From NCBI GenBank assembly GCA_003427395.1, contig BFEA01000002.1, positions 2,192,647 to 2,256,646 of the forward strand: DNA of 64,000 nucleotides, in the 5' to 3' direction. Source of the DNA: Chara braunii (lineage: Eukaryota > Plantae > Charophyceae). The notes beneath the pieces were generated by a model, which saw only the letters and a program-made list of their open reading frames with translations, did not search any database and was not told where the DNA came from. The position numbers and the translations under genes were made by a program. Shown piece by piece: positions 53,501-64,000 of the stretch (the stretch's first letter is position 1; every line of letters starts with the position of its first letter).

Positions 53501-56500
53501 TTTTCCCTGCTCTATCTTACGTTGTGGGTTACTGACAGGCTCTTTGAGTTTGGAGGGGGGTAACTGGGTACAACTATAGGTGACTATAGGGCTTCGGAAG
53601 TAGGGACCTAGAGGATTGTAGGGATGGATGCACTACAGGCTCTTTATGGTAAAAATCCGGCTTGGTTGTGTGCTACTCAGGAAACAGATTTGGATCTAAG
53701 GTCTCTCAACGTAAATGGCCTTGCTACAACAGATGCAGTAAAACGTAAGGCCATTATGGAGCAATTGAAAGGAGTGGGTGGATGGTGTTGGCCTGATTTG
53801 ATATGCATCCAAGAAACCCACCTCATGGATTCTCCTAAGCTCAATAGGGCGCATAACCTAGCCTGGCCCTATCAGAAATACCATGCCTATTCCATGAGCA
53901 ACGGGTCAGCAGGGGTAAAGCCGATCAGGAACAGGGCAGATGGCTGGTTACGTTGGTAACGCTGGAGTTAGAACTAATTTGTGTTTTCAATATTTATGGT
54001 CCTAATATAGTACAGGAGCGTAGAAAATTTTTCCAAAACATTAGGAGCCATATTCCTAGTGGTGTTCCAATCATCATAGCAGGGGACTTTAATGCGGCGC
54101 TTGATAGATGGTTGGATAGTTGGAGAATCCCTTCTCCATATCCCTCCTATATAGAGGAGGACAAACAAATTATCCAACAACTATGCGAATCTGAAAACTT
54201 GTTTGACACATATAGGCGTCTTTGCCCACAGGAGAGATCATATACGTGTTTTAGAAATGGTGGTTTCCCCCACCGGGCAAGATCAAGGATAAATTTGATT
54301 CTTATGTCTGAAGATCAAGACTGTGCCTTAATGGGGGTTAACATTTTCCCCCAAAGTCTGTGGCCAGGGGTAGGTCATAAAATGTGTGTTGTCTTACTTT
54401 CCTTCCGTAAGAAACCGGATCAGGGTAGAGGTTTCTACAAGGTCAACTCCTCCCTCATGAAACGAAAGGACTTCATAAGTTACCTTCATGATGTATGGAG
54501 TTTTTGACACTCTTCCAAGGATAGACACGAGTCATATATAGCATGGTTTAACAATGGGCTAGTTTATTTGGCCAAAAAGTGCAACGAATACTTAATCGCC
54601 AAGGAAAGATATAAGCAGGAAATTAATATTCAAGAACAAATTCTCAAATATGAGCAACAAGATTTTTCAGAACAATTACCCCAACCAGTCGATATCCTAG
54701 CACTCAGTAACCAACTACTAACCCTTGCTTAACATTATTGGCAAGGTCACATGATCAGAGGCACACTCTTCAAGCATTCGACAAAAAGACAAATTGATAC
54801 ATCTTTTTTTTTTCCCTCGCACGTACCAGAGCTAGAAGAACGACTATTGAAGCCTTAATAGATCCTCGACAGACATCACAACAGGATTCTATCACTTTGG
54901 CTAGCAGTCTGAAAGTGACGTATGACTTCTTCAGAAATCTTTTCATCTCAAAGGTAGATGTGTCGGCCGTCGATCCGGTCTTACATGATTTTTTGGCCCC
55001 CATGACTCGAGAGCTATCGCAACGACAAACAGAAAGATTGAAAGAACCTATCACGAAGGAGGAAATATGGATTGCGTTGTTGCAAATGGATGAGGATAAA
55101 ACTTCGGGGTTTCATGACCTCCCTAAAAAGTTTTGGAAGACAATGTGGCCGTATTTTGCAGAGGATCTGATTGAATTCTACAAACAAGTCCAGGAAATGG
55201 GTAGTATGGGGGAAACAATTGGGCAATGGATTCTAACCTTGTTATACAAAAAGGGAGATAAAACGAATATAAGGAGTCGTAGACCTATCACCCTGCTCAC
55301 CGTCGTGTACAAAATGTTGGCCAAGACCATCGCGAATCGTCTCATTCCAATAATGCCAGGCATCATTCACCCCTCTCAAACAAGGTTCATTAATGGAAGG
55401 AATATACAAGATAGCATATTGCTCATCAATAAGATGATTAAGTTGTCCCGCCAGAATCATCAGAATGCTGCCTTTGTTTTTATAGATTTTGAGAAACTTT
55501 ATGATCATGTGGATTGGAAGTTTTTGGATGCATGTTTAGCCAAGTTTAATTTTGGTCCAACAATTCATAGGTGGAGTACTATCCTTCACTCTAACGCCAC
55601 TACCTGAGTTCAAATTAATGATCTACTTTCCACGAAAATCCGCCTCCAAAGATCGGTTAGGCAAGGGGATCCCTTGGCTCGATTTCTTTTTTTATTATTA
55701 TGGAGGCATTAGGAGCTAACCTACAATCTAATCATAATCTTAAAAGATTTTAGATTACAGGTATTCCGGAAGAAGCTATACCAATTTGTTCTATGTTTGT
55801 TGATGATCTAACCATAATGATGGAGGCGTCCAATGATAATATGGAAGAGATAAAAACACTAATGGATAGGTTCTCCCTTCTTTCAAATGTGATGGTCAAT
55901 TGGGGGAGTAAGACACAGGGTTGGTGGATTCACTCTCAAGGGGATAGGCCTCCTGAGAATCCAAGGGTCAAAGGGTCAAATAGATGCCACTAGAGGCGCC
56001 AATCAGAGTTTTGGGAGTTGTGCTCACAACTAGGGGGAAGCCAATCTCTAATGATGTATGGAGCGCTTCCCGACCAGTACAAAAAATGAAGCCCTGTTTG
56101 GTAGCGCATTGGTCATTAACAATGTAATCTTGGCTTCAATTTGGTACAAGTCTGCTTTGTGGTCACTAAACAAAGGTCCGCCCAAGGAACTTCGGGGACA
56201 ACTCACGACCTTTCTTTGGCGAGGAGACCACGAAACGCCTCATGTAATCCCCATAGTGGCATGGCAGGTTCTTATACAGCTGAAGTCTAAAGGAGGACTC
56301 AACATTTTGGATCTTACGATCCAGTGTCAAGCACTAGCACTTCAGTGGTTAAAATGACTAATATTGGCCACATATCTTCCATGACAAGGATTGGCACAGA
56401 AACAAATACGTAGAATGGCTCCAAAAACACAAATAATGTAAACCCACTCACTTGGGTAGAGGACAGGTATTGGACTATCCCTCGGCCTCAAGCACACTCT

Positions 56501-56728
56501 CAAGAATGGGGAAGGGGGGGAAGTAAGAAAGGATCTGATATTGGACAGTTTCTGGGCTACCCTATTGAAAACTTGGCGTAAACTTTCTTTGCCTAACAAA
56601 TCGTATGAGGAAGTTCTACGACAACCAATTTGGCAATAGGTGGATCGCGGACGCGCAAGGAAGGGTGTTCATAAGTTCCACCCCTCCGTGGTCCACTTGG
56701 GTTAAATACAGCCTGGTAAGGATCAAGG
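50600..56728 (+). mobile_element. Degenerate L1/Tx1-type LINE: ORF1 remnant plus ORF2 APE and RT domains
   Basis: Zinc knuckle CFRCRAYGHLSTDPNC at 51531-51578. APE motifs SLNVNGL, IQETH, NIYGPN and AGDFN at 53690-54500. RT motifs LLYKKGD..RPITLL, IDFEKLYD, RQGDPL and FVDD at 54900-55900. Many stops and frameshifts. The 5' boundary is approximate. Confidence 0.93.
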
Positions 56729-58430
56729 ATTTTTTTTAATTTTTTTTTTAACAAAAAACACCCCCCTGCAATGCTAGAGGTGCTGATAAGAGAAGACACC
56801 ACTAGCACCCGGGGAGGGGCTCCATCTATTGGTGGGGAGCATCACCTGATGGAAAGCGGGTCCAGCGTCCCATTGCGGATTGTAAATAAGATGAGAACAG
56901 GTTGAATCAGAGGAGATAGTTGTGAACTGCCAGCATTGATGACTCTGGCAACCAGAGGATTGACTGTGCAGATTGCTAAGGGAGGGGAGAGAACCTCTTC
57001 GGCCCAGTACCACGCGTCGGATGTCCATTACTAAAGAACTAGTTCCCCTCACCATCCTTGAAAAAACTGAGTACAAAAACCGAGTAAAACCCAGTGCCAG
57101 ATGTCCGCTGCTATATACAAATTCCTGGATACGTTGAGCAGACCCGTACCACTTTATGATTTTCTCTTGTAAAGCTTCGCCTGTTGGAGATCGGGTCCAG
57201 CATCCAGTTGCACCCTTACCAACCATATCTCTCCTTGTCTCTTCCATGTATCTTCACACAAAGGCTGACGCTGTTCCAAGGCCGCTAAGCAGGGGAACAT
57301 AGAATGAGCGGGGTCCTCCCTGAGGGGCTCCAGGGAAGGATGTGAGGGTCATGGGGCACATTTATGGCAACACTTCCGCCAGGGACAGACCGTGGGGTGG
57401 GAAGGGATTTGGGAAATCGGAGGGAGGGCGTAATGGGAACGAGGGTTCTATATTAGTCAAATCTTTGAAAACTAAATGGTATTCTCTCATTCCGTCTAAT
57501 TCTCTCAGCCCTTCTCCCTAATCCCCGCTCCATCCCTTTCCCCTCCTAACCAGTCGGAGCAAAAAGTCGTGATTCGTCTCCTGACATCTCCCATTTGCCC
57601 GAACTGGTCCAGTTGCGTTTTTGTGTCCAACCATCTACGCATGAGCTCAAGGTGAATTTGCTGCTGAATCTGTTCATTAATTTCAGTGCCCTCCACTCGT
57701 ACCTGTTCCATCGCCAGAGTGCATCTTTGCCACCATAGTGCCCATATCACTACCCTCCTTCCCAGTCTGTACATATTCCCAACAAAGGTCGAAGTTGTTC
57801 CTGCCGGCGGCCAGTGTCCTGCCAATATGGCTTGCCATGACCAGGGCCAGAAGATGTCCAGTTCCATTTTCCTCCATATGCGGTCCCACCATCTCCATAT
57901 GTATAGTGCTAACACTGCATGAAAATGTGTTCAATAGTTTTTGCCTTCTTGTGGAAGGGAAAGAGGCTCTGACATCGCTGGCACCATGGAAGCAACAAGC
58001 CTTTTTGTTCAAGGTTTGTACGGCCAGTCAACCAGTCGTTGGTTGGCAGGCAGCGGTGGGCTATCTGCCACTGCAGGGAGATAATCTTCATGGGTTTGTG
58101 CTTTTGTTCTTTAAACCATTTAATTATCTTGCCCATCGATCATTAATTGTGTCCCTTAGACGTCGTTTGGGTCTGAGCATTTTATAGATTGTCTTGACCG
58201 AAAGCTGGTGCAGACTAATGTCACTTGTCTCGGGGGGATTCCTATTTTGGGGGATTGCCATACCCATTCTACTAGGTCCAGGGCCAGATCTTGGATTGGC
58301 TTGTGGAACACCAAAAACAAAAGTTGTAAATTTGTAAACCGGTTAAGAAAGGAAGTTAATCTTGATCTAATCACTTCGTCCATTCCGTTGGCGTGGGTGG
58401 TTGACTTGAAAAAGGGTCCTACTTTTTTGG
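56729..58430 (-). mobile_element. 5'-truncated L1-type LINE nested in the opposite orientation
   Basis: Minus-strand zf-RVT-like region WQIAHRCLPT..PWCQRC..TIEHIFMQC and IWALWWQRC, a 3' UTR, and poly(A) seen as a T-run at 56729-56749. Confidence 0.85.
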
Positions 58431-60060
58431 TTGCAGATTAGGTGTGTGCTCATCTGATGGAGGGTTCCAGGGTAGTGGGGCAAATACTGGATATTCATAC
58501 GAATGGTGCCCTAGTAAATCTCTTTGCACTCCACAAGGACTTTTCCCTTTCACAAAGCAACCACGATAAGGTGGTGTTCTTCCATTTTAACTCACTCTAT
58601 AGAGTGACGACATTGTATTGTCTAGTCTCCAAAGGATGGACTGTGTACGCTTCGAATATCCCTATACCGGATCTCCCTCTGGACCCACCAGAGTGAATTT
58701 GGCGTACCAACAGGAAATGCAAAGCTCAGAAATTACAGTCTTTATCAGTTAAAGCTTCGTATCGCCTTTTACGCCCACGAGTATATGTTCTTGCTGTTAT
58801 ATAGGAATGATGGGCTCGACATTTAAATATTTATACGAATCTGTTCAGACCGATCAAGTGGTGCTAAGGATTCAAGGAGAGGCCTGCTAAGTTTGCGTCA
58901 CTACAGTGGCAGATTGTCCATCATTGCTTACCAACTAATAACTGATTGATTGACCATTCCACGTTGGAACAGAAGGGTGTAGCCCTACCGTGGTGTTGTG
59001 CTTGTGTGGAGGCATTCCCTAGTAGGAAGATAAGGGAAACAATTGAACACTAATTTTTGCAATGTTCGGGGCAAAATTGTTGTGGAGGCGTTGTGATTAT
59101 GTATGGAGTAAAATGACAGGTGTAGATTGGCCTTGGGACTGGAGGGCGATCCTCCGGGGTCACTGATGCCCTGCCCTCATCTCCTTATCAACTTTTCAAC
59201 GGAATCTATTGAACATTGGTAGAAAAGCCATTTTATGGGTTTTATGGTATAAAAGGTGTGTGTTTACGATGGAAAAGGCAATGACTGAGGGTAGAGAAAT
59301 GTATGAGCTGGTACAACAGTTCATAGAAACAGAAATAAGGTCTTAATGGGATAAGACTAAATCTGGGCTTCAAACGCTACAACAAAAACAGGATATTAAG
59401 AAACAAATAAAAATTTTCACAAAGGACTGGCTGGGTGATTCTTCAAGAAGGAAAATGGGGAATGTGGAGTGGCCAAGTGGGGAAGAAGAAGAGATGAATT
59501 TCAAGAGGGATTATCAGATCACCTTGCAGAACTAGTTTGATGTCCAGCCAGGAGCCACCTTGAGATTCCCAGAATCCTTTCCGGATCCCTTTCCCCTTTC
59601 CGAGCTTGCTTTGTTAGATTTTCATTGGTATGGGGGGGGGAGGGGTAACAAGTTGTTTTTTTCATCTTCAGTTTGTCTGTTAAAATCTGTTAGTCTGGGG
59701 GGTCAAATTGTTAGCAAACACTTGATGTCAGAATAGGCATGATGGGATGAATGGGTATTCGGGGATGGACAGGAGGTTGCGCTGCTAGCATTAGCATAGT
59801 CATCTGGCGGCCAGATTTTGGCTGAAGAGGCAACTCTCCTTCTGTCACACCTCGCCTTAAACCATGGTTCAATAACATTTGTATGAGGGACGCTGGACCC
59901 GGTTTCCAGCAACATATGTATGAGGGACATTGGACCCGGTTTCCAACAAGTGCAGCTCCCCACCAATAGAATGGAGCCGGTGGCCGGGCTGCTCGTGGTG
60001 GATGCTCTTATCATCATCACTAGCAGTCAGGGTCGGGTTTTATTACAAGGGAAAAAAAAA
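58430..60060 (+). mobile_element. 3' remainder of the + strand LINE (zf-RVT region, 3' UTR, A tail)
   Basis: LQWQIVHHCLPT...PWCCAC...ETIEH*FLQC at ~58890-59065 and ILWVLWYKRC. The conserved 3' motif lies at 59887-59977 and an A-run at 60052-60060. Confidence 0.82.
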
Positions 60061-61135
60061 TGGATACAGAAGCTTGAGGAGGTGGAAAATGAGTATTGAG
60101 CCTCTTCACCCAGACCTGAGTGCCAAATGAACGTAAAGCACTAGCCCTGGTACTCATCCAGACCATACCATGATAATGGGACAATAGCATTCTGAGGGGG
60201 TGGAAAGGGGTTGGGGAAATCACCCATGGGGCGGAGGGGAATCAAGGGATCTCCCCCTCGTAGCCAGACTCTACTGAGTGATTTGAAGGTCTTGATTCTT
60301 GGAAGTGTTGAAATGAATTTTGACTATTTCCCATTGGTTAAAGATATCCGTTTGTATTTGTTGTCTGAAACATTCAGTAAATTCAGGAACATCCAGTCTA
60401 ACACCTTCCCATTCGTTGGTGCATCTTCTTTGCCATATGGCCCAAAGAATCGCTCGCCTACCCAGGGTAAACATGTTCTGAGTGAAGTCATTTGTCTGAT
60501 CTGTAGACCAGACTTCAAGTAGGATTTCTTTCCAACCCCATGACCATTGTGTCTTTGTACCCATTTGACTCCAAACACGTTCCCACCATCTGGGCACACT
60601 AGAAAGATGTGCTCTATTATTTCGGGAATTTTCCTACTAGGGAAAGTTGATATACAGAGTTTACACCACGTTTCAGCTATACCTCTTTTTCCAGGGAGGA
60701 CCTGTCAATTAACCAGTCATTTGTGGGGAGACAGCGGTGTTCAATTTGCCTTTGAAGAGATGCTATTTTTGCAGGCTTTGCTCTTACTGATTTGAACCAT
60801 TTTACCTGACTTTTGTCTTCTTTACTTAGGTTCAGGTGTTGCATCCATCTCTGGGAGACTCTGTCGTTAGGTTGATTCTAGGTTTTAACATCCGATAGGT
60901 AGACTTAATTGATAGGGAATGTAGGGATCTAGTGTAGTTTCGTTCCTGCTTCCTTTGAGCTCCCCATGTCGAGCTGGCCGGATTAATCGGTAAATTCAAA
61001 ATATTTGTTGCAGGTCTGAAGGCCAGCCACGATGAGGAGTCTTTACTGAACACTCTAATTCTATAGATTAGTTCCATTGAGACCCATCTCACCTTGTTTT
61101 CCGGATGCAGGACAACTATATTGTCCTTAACACTC
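60061..61135 (-). mobile_element. Third L1-type LINE 3' fragment
   Basis: WSWGWKEILL...TLGRRAILWAIWQRRC (60271-60597), homologous to the neighbouring copies. Confidence 0.8.
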
Positions 61136-61482
61136 TTTAAGCAAATAGCGGGTCTCGCGTAACGCTCCCTCGAGATCCCGCTTTCCGCTGTTGGGAAACG
61201 GGGTGGGACCGGTAGGCGGGCCCGACAGACACGGCATGAGGCCTTCGGGGCGGGCCGGACCAGCGAGGCCCGGGTTGGACGTCTCGATAGAGGTGTCGGG
61301 GATCCGCGCCAGATGATTCTCGAAACTTCTATCGGGTCGTCCAGCCCGGAGCCGCTCGACAATCTTAACGCTTGTCGCCGGTCCGGCTTTTGCATTCGGG
61401 CGCTGCTTCGTGCGGTGATGTTTCGATGCGACGGTTTTCAGCGCTTTGTGGTCGTTGTGGTGCTTGCTGCGCTCGATTCGAC

Positions 61483-61535
<53 letters not shown>

Positions 61536-61567
61536 GTCCGGTTCGACGAGAGAGCGAGAGAGAGAAG

Positions 61568-61601
<34 letters not shown>

Positions 61602-61789
61602 GGGGAGGAGGAACATAGGGATTGGCAGGTGCAGACATCCCTCGAGGTCAGGAAGAGTGCGCTGGAGGAGAGGAGAAGAAGGAGACGATCTTGGGAGGAA
61701 TTGCGTGGACGTTGGGCGGAGATGGCGGACGAAGGTTAGCTGATCGTTTTTTCTTTTTTTTCTCGTTTTTTTTTTTTTTTTTTGTCGCG

Positions 61790-64000
61790 CAAGGTCAGGG
61801 GAGGAAGGGGAGAGGGGGAGCGGTTGGGATGGGGAGGTTGGGATGGGGGACGGGGACGGAGAAGGGAAATGTCCGGATCAGGTCAGGAGGTCGGGATGGG
61901 AGACGGGTTGGGACGATGTCCGGGGAAGGAAGTCGGGGGAAGGAAGTCGGGGAAGGAAAGGGAGAAGGAAGAGGTCGGGATGAGGTCGGGATGCGAAGGG
62001 AGTTCGGATAGAGGAGGAGGGAGGAGGAATCTAGGCATGGAAGAAGGTCGGGATGGGAGTTGGGATAGAGGAGGAGGGAGGAGGAATCTAGGCATAGGGC
62101 AAGGTCAGGGGAGGAAGGGGAGAGGGGGAGAGGTCGAGACGGGGAGGTCGGGATGGGAGGTCGGGACGGGGAGGTCAGGATGGGAGACGGGAACGGAGGA
62201 GGGGGAGGTCGGGATCAGGTCGGGAGGTCGGGATGGGAGATGGAAGGAAAGGGAGAAGGAAGAGGATGGGATGGGAGTCGGGATAGAGGAGGAGGGAGGA
62301 GGAATCTAGGCATGCGAGATGGCTTGGGACGATGTCAGGATAGGGGAGGGGGACGATGAGCTCGGAGAAGGAAAGGGGAGAGGGAGAGTTGGGACGATGT
62401 CGGGGGAAGGAAGGAGAGGGGGGGAGAGTCCATTCAGGTCGGGAGGTAAAGGGAGGAGGAAGAGATCGCAATGACGCCGGGATGGGAGTTGGGATAAAGG
62501 AGGAGGGAGGAAGAATCTAGGCATGGGAGAAGGTCGGGGGAGCAAGGGGAGAGAGGGAGAGGTCGGGACAGGGAGGTCGGGATGGGAGGTCGGGACCGGG
62601 AGGTGGGGATGGGAGACGCGAACAGAGGAGGGAGAGCTCGGGATCAGGGAGGGAGAGTCGGGACGATGTCGGGGGAAGGAAGGAGAGGGGGAAAGAGGTC
62701 GAGACGGGAAGGAAGAGAAGGTGGGGGGGGGAAGAGGTCGGGACGAGGTCGGGATGGGATGGGAGTCGGGATAGAATGTGGGGATAGGGGAGGGGGATGA
62801 GAGGGGGGGAGAGTCCGGATCAGGTCGGGAGGTCGAGATGGAAGACGGGTTGGGACGGGGAAGGAAAGGGAGGAGAAAGAGATCGCGATGACGTCGGGAT
62901 GGGAATTGGGATAGAGGAAGAGGGAGGAGGAATCTAGGCATGGGGCAAGGTCGGGGGAGAGCAAGGGGAGAGAGGGAGAGGTCGGGACGGGGAGGTCGGG
63001 ATGGGAGGTCGAGACTGGGAGGTCGGGATCGGAGACGTGAACAGAAGAGGGAGAGGTCGGGATCAGGGAGGGAGAGTTGGGACGATGTCGGGGAAAGGAA
63101 GGAGAGGAGGAGAGAGGTCGAGACGCGAAGGAAGGGAAGGTGGGTAGGGATAGGGATAAAGGAGGGGGTGGTTGGAATAGGGGAGAGGGAGAGGCGATGA
63201 AGAGAAAGGTCGGCGAAGGAAGGGAGGTTGGGATGTGAGTCAGGATACGGTAGAGAGAGAGAGGTGATGGAGGGAGAGGTAGGCGAAGGAAAGAAAGGGG
63301 GGAGAGGTCGGGATGGGGAGGGGGATAGGTCGGGATGGGAGTCAAGAAGGAGAAGGGCGTCGGAAAGGAGGAGGAGGGAGGGGGGATCTATGGATGGAGA
63401 GGTCGGGATAGGGGAGAAGTAGAGGTGATGGAGGGAAGGGGGGAGACGTTAGGATGGGAATCGGGATAGAGGAGGAGGGGAGGAGGGGGTTGGGATAGGA
63501 GAGAGAGAGAGGCGATGGAGGGAGTGGAAGTCGGGATGGGAGTCGGGAGAGGTCGGGATGGGAGTCAGGATACGGAAGAAAGAGAGGCGATAGAGGGAGA
63601 CGTAAGCGAAGGAAGGAAAGGGGGGAGAAGTCGGGATGGGGAGGGGGAGAGGTCGGGATGGGAGTCGGAAGGGGGGAGACGTTAGGATCGAAGTCGGGAT
63701 AGAGGAGGAGGGCAGGAAAGAAGGAAAGGGGAGAGGGAGAGGCGATGGTGGGAGAGGTCACGAGAGAGGTTGGGATGGAAGTCGGGGATGGAGGGAGAAG
63801 TAAGCGAAGGAAGGAAAAAAGGGAGAGGTCAAGATGGGAAGGGGGAGAGGTCAGGATGGGAGTCGGGAGGAGAAAGGTCGGGATGGACGGATAGAGGAGG
63901 TCGGAGGCGATGGATGGGAAGGGGGAGAGGTCGGGATGGGAATTGGGATAGACAAGGGGGAAGGAAAGGGGGGAGAGGTCGGGATGGGGAGGGGGAGAGG
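61790..64000. repeat. Purine-rich degenerate satellite (GAGGTCGGGATGGG core, ~420-bp higher-order period)
   Basis: Strong G/A bias on the + strand. The block gagatcgc..atgacg..gggatggga..aatctaggcatggg recurs at 62462 and 62881. Confidence 0.85.

Noticed and set aside
44041-64000. Fourth protease exon with the second catalytic Asp
   Set aside because: No YY..L..I or DSGT-type motif with suitable splice sites was found by eye. It is probably beyond the window or in a gap.

Overview
Eukaryotic, repeat-dominated DNA from a draft short-read assembly, most likely a streptophyte (green-plant lineage). The evidence is degenerate TTTAGGG telomere units, plant-type U6 sequence and a plant A1B aspartic protease. 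The only host gene I can support is a + strand aspartic protease. Three exons (11455-11978, 20694-20814, 43580-44040) join in phase across giant introns of 8.7 and 22.8 kb, and the rest of the gene is not found before the window ends. The introns are filled with degenerate L1-type LINEs (one near full-length at ~50.6-60 kb, interrupted by a nested opposite-strand copy), tRNA-headed SINEs, four A-tailed U6-derived copies, and hAT-like and other MITEs with TSDs, plus micro- and minisatellites. Three Nextera mate-pair junction adapters are assembly artefacts. The most notable observations are: (1) a ~55-nt hairpin plus H-type pseudoknot, with a compensatory base change, near the poly(A) end of about 13 diverged retroelement 3' ends; (2) a probable U6-derived or U6/tRNA composite retroposon family, with one copy inside a MITE; (3) a head-to-head pair of long two-tRNA SINEs with perfectly inverted heads but diverged bodies; (4) a pair of paralogous unknown ~85-aa ORFs in the N-speckled repeat at 1-7.5 kb. 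All coordinates were read by eye and no database searches were run.
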